Source: Octopus bimaculoides (lineage: Eukaryota). Taken from it: 64,000 nt of DNA. The notes below the pieces were generated by a model. That model did no database searches. It was given only the letters and a program-made list of their open reading frames with translations, and had not been told where the DNA came from. Location of the stretch: NCBI RefSeq assembly GCF_001194135.2, contig NC_068981.1:51844662-51908661 (forward strand), given 5' to 3'. Below are positions 63,811 to 64,000 of this stretch, piece by piece. Each line of letters starts with the position of its first letter. Within the stretch, counting starts at the first letter, position 1. A program made the translations under genes and the position numbers.

Positions 63811-64000
63811 TAATAAATGAAGGTAGGACTAACGATCTGAAAGAAAACAAGAATAAAATTAGATATGATAATTAAATGAACAAAATCATGTTAAAGATAA
63901 GAAATACTTCTTTGCAATTTCTCTATGGGTCCAGACATTTACACTACTGTGCATATATAGACAAATGCATATATATGAATATATATATATATATATATCT

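Overview
AT-rich animal genomic DNA with 10 N-gaps, most of them next to microsatellites. The SINE families look like those of Octopus (coleoid cephalopod); this is recognised from memory, not by a search. The window is dominated by decayed mobile elements: five fragments of RLE-type (R4/Dong/NeSL-like) non-LTR retrotransposons, four RTE-clade LINE pieces, three Penelope-like (PLE) pieces, a Helitron Rep/PIF1-helicase remnant, Tc1/mariner remnants and many tRNA-derived SINEs. One PLE piece is about 3 kb and carries an inverted terminal repeat. The SINEs include a six-copy head-to-tail array and a fold-back pair. No host gene can be named. A few short segments with canonical splice sites and open frames occur on both strands and are reported as low-confidence candidate exons. 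Nearly all long entries in the ORF track are microsatellite or N-gap artefacts, or the antisense of retroelements. The strongest second-look item is a tRNA-headed SINE whose tail carries a minimal type I hammerhead ribozyme of the PLE kind (34294-34622). Others are an RTE 3' end with three open C2H2 fingers, an in-frame 18-bp amplification at a PLE junction, and the SINE array and hairpins. All family assignments come from motifs translated by eye.
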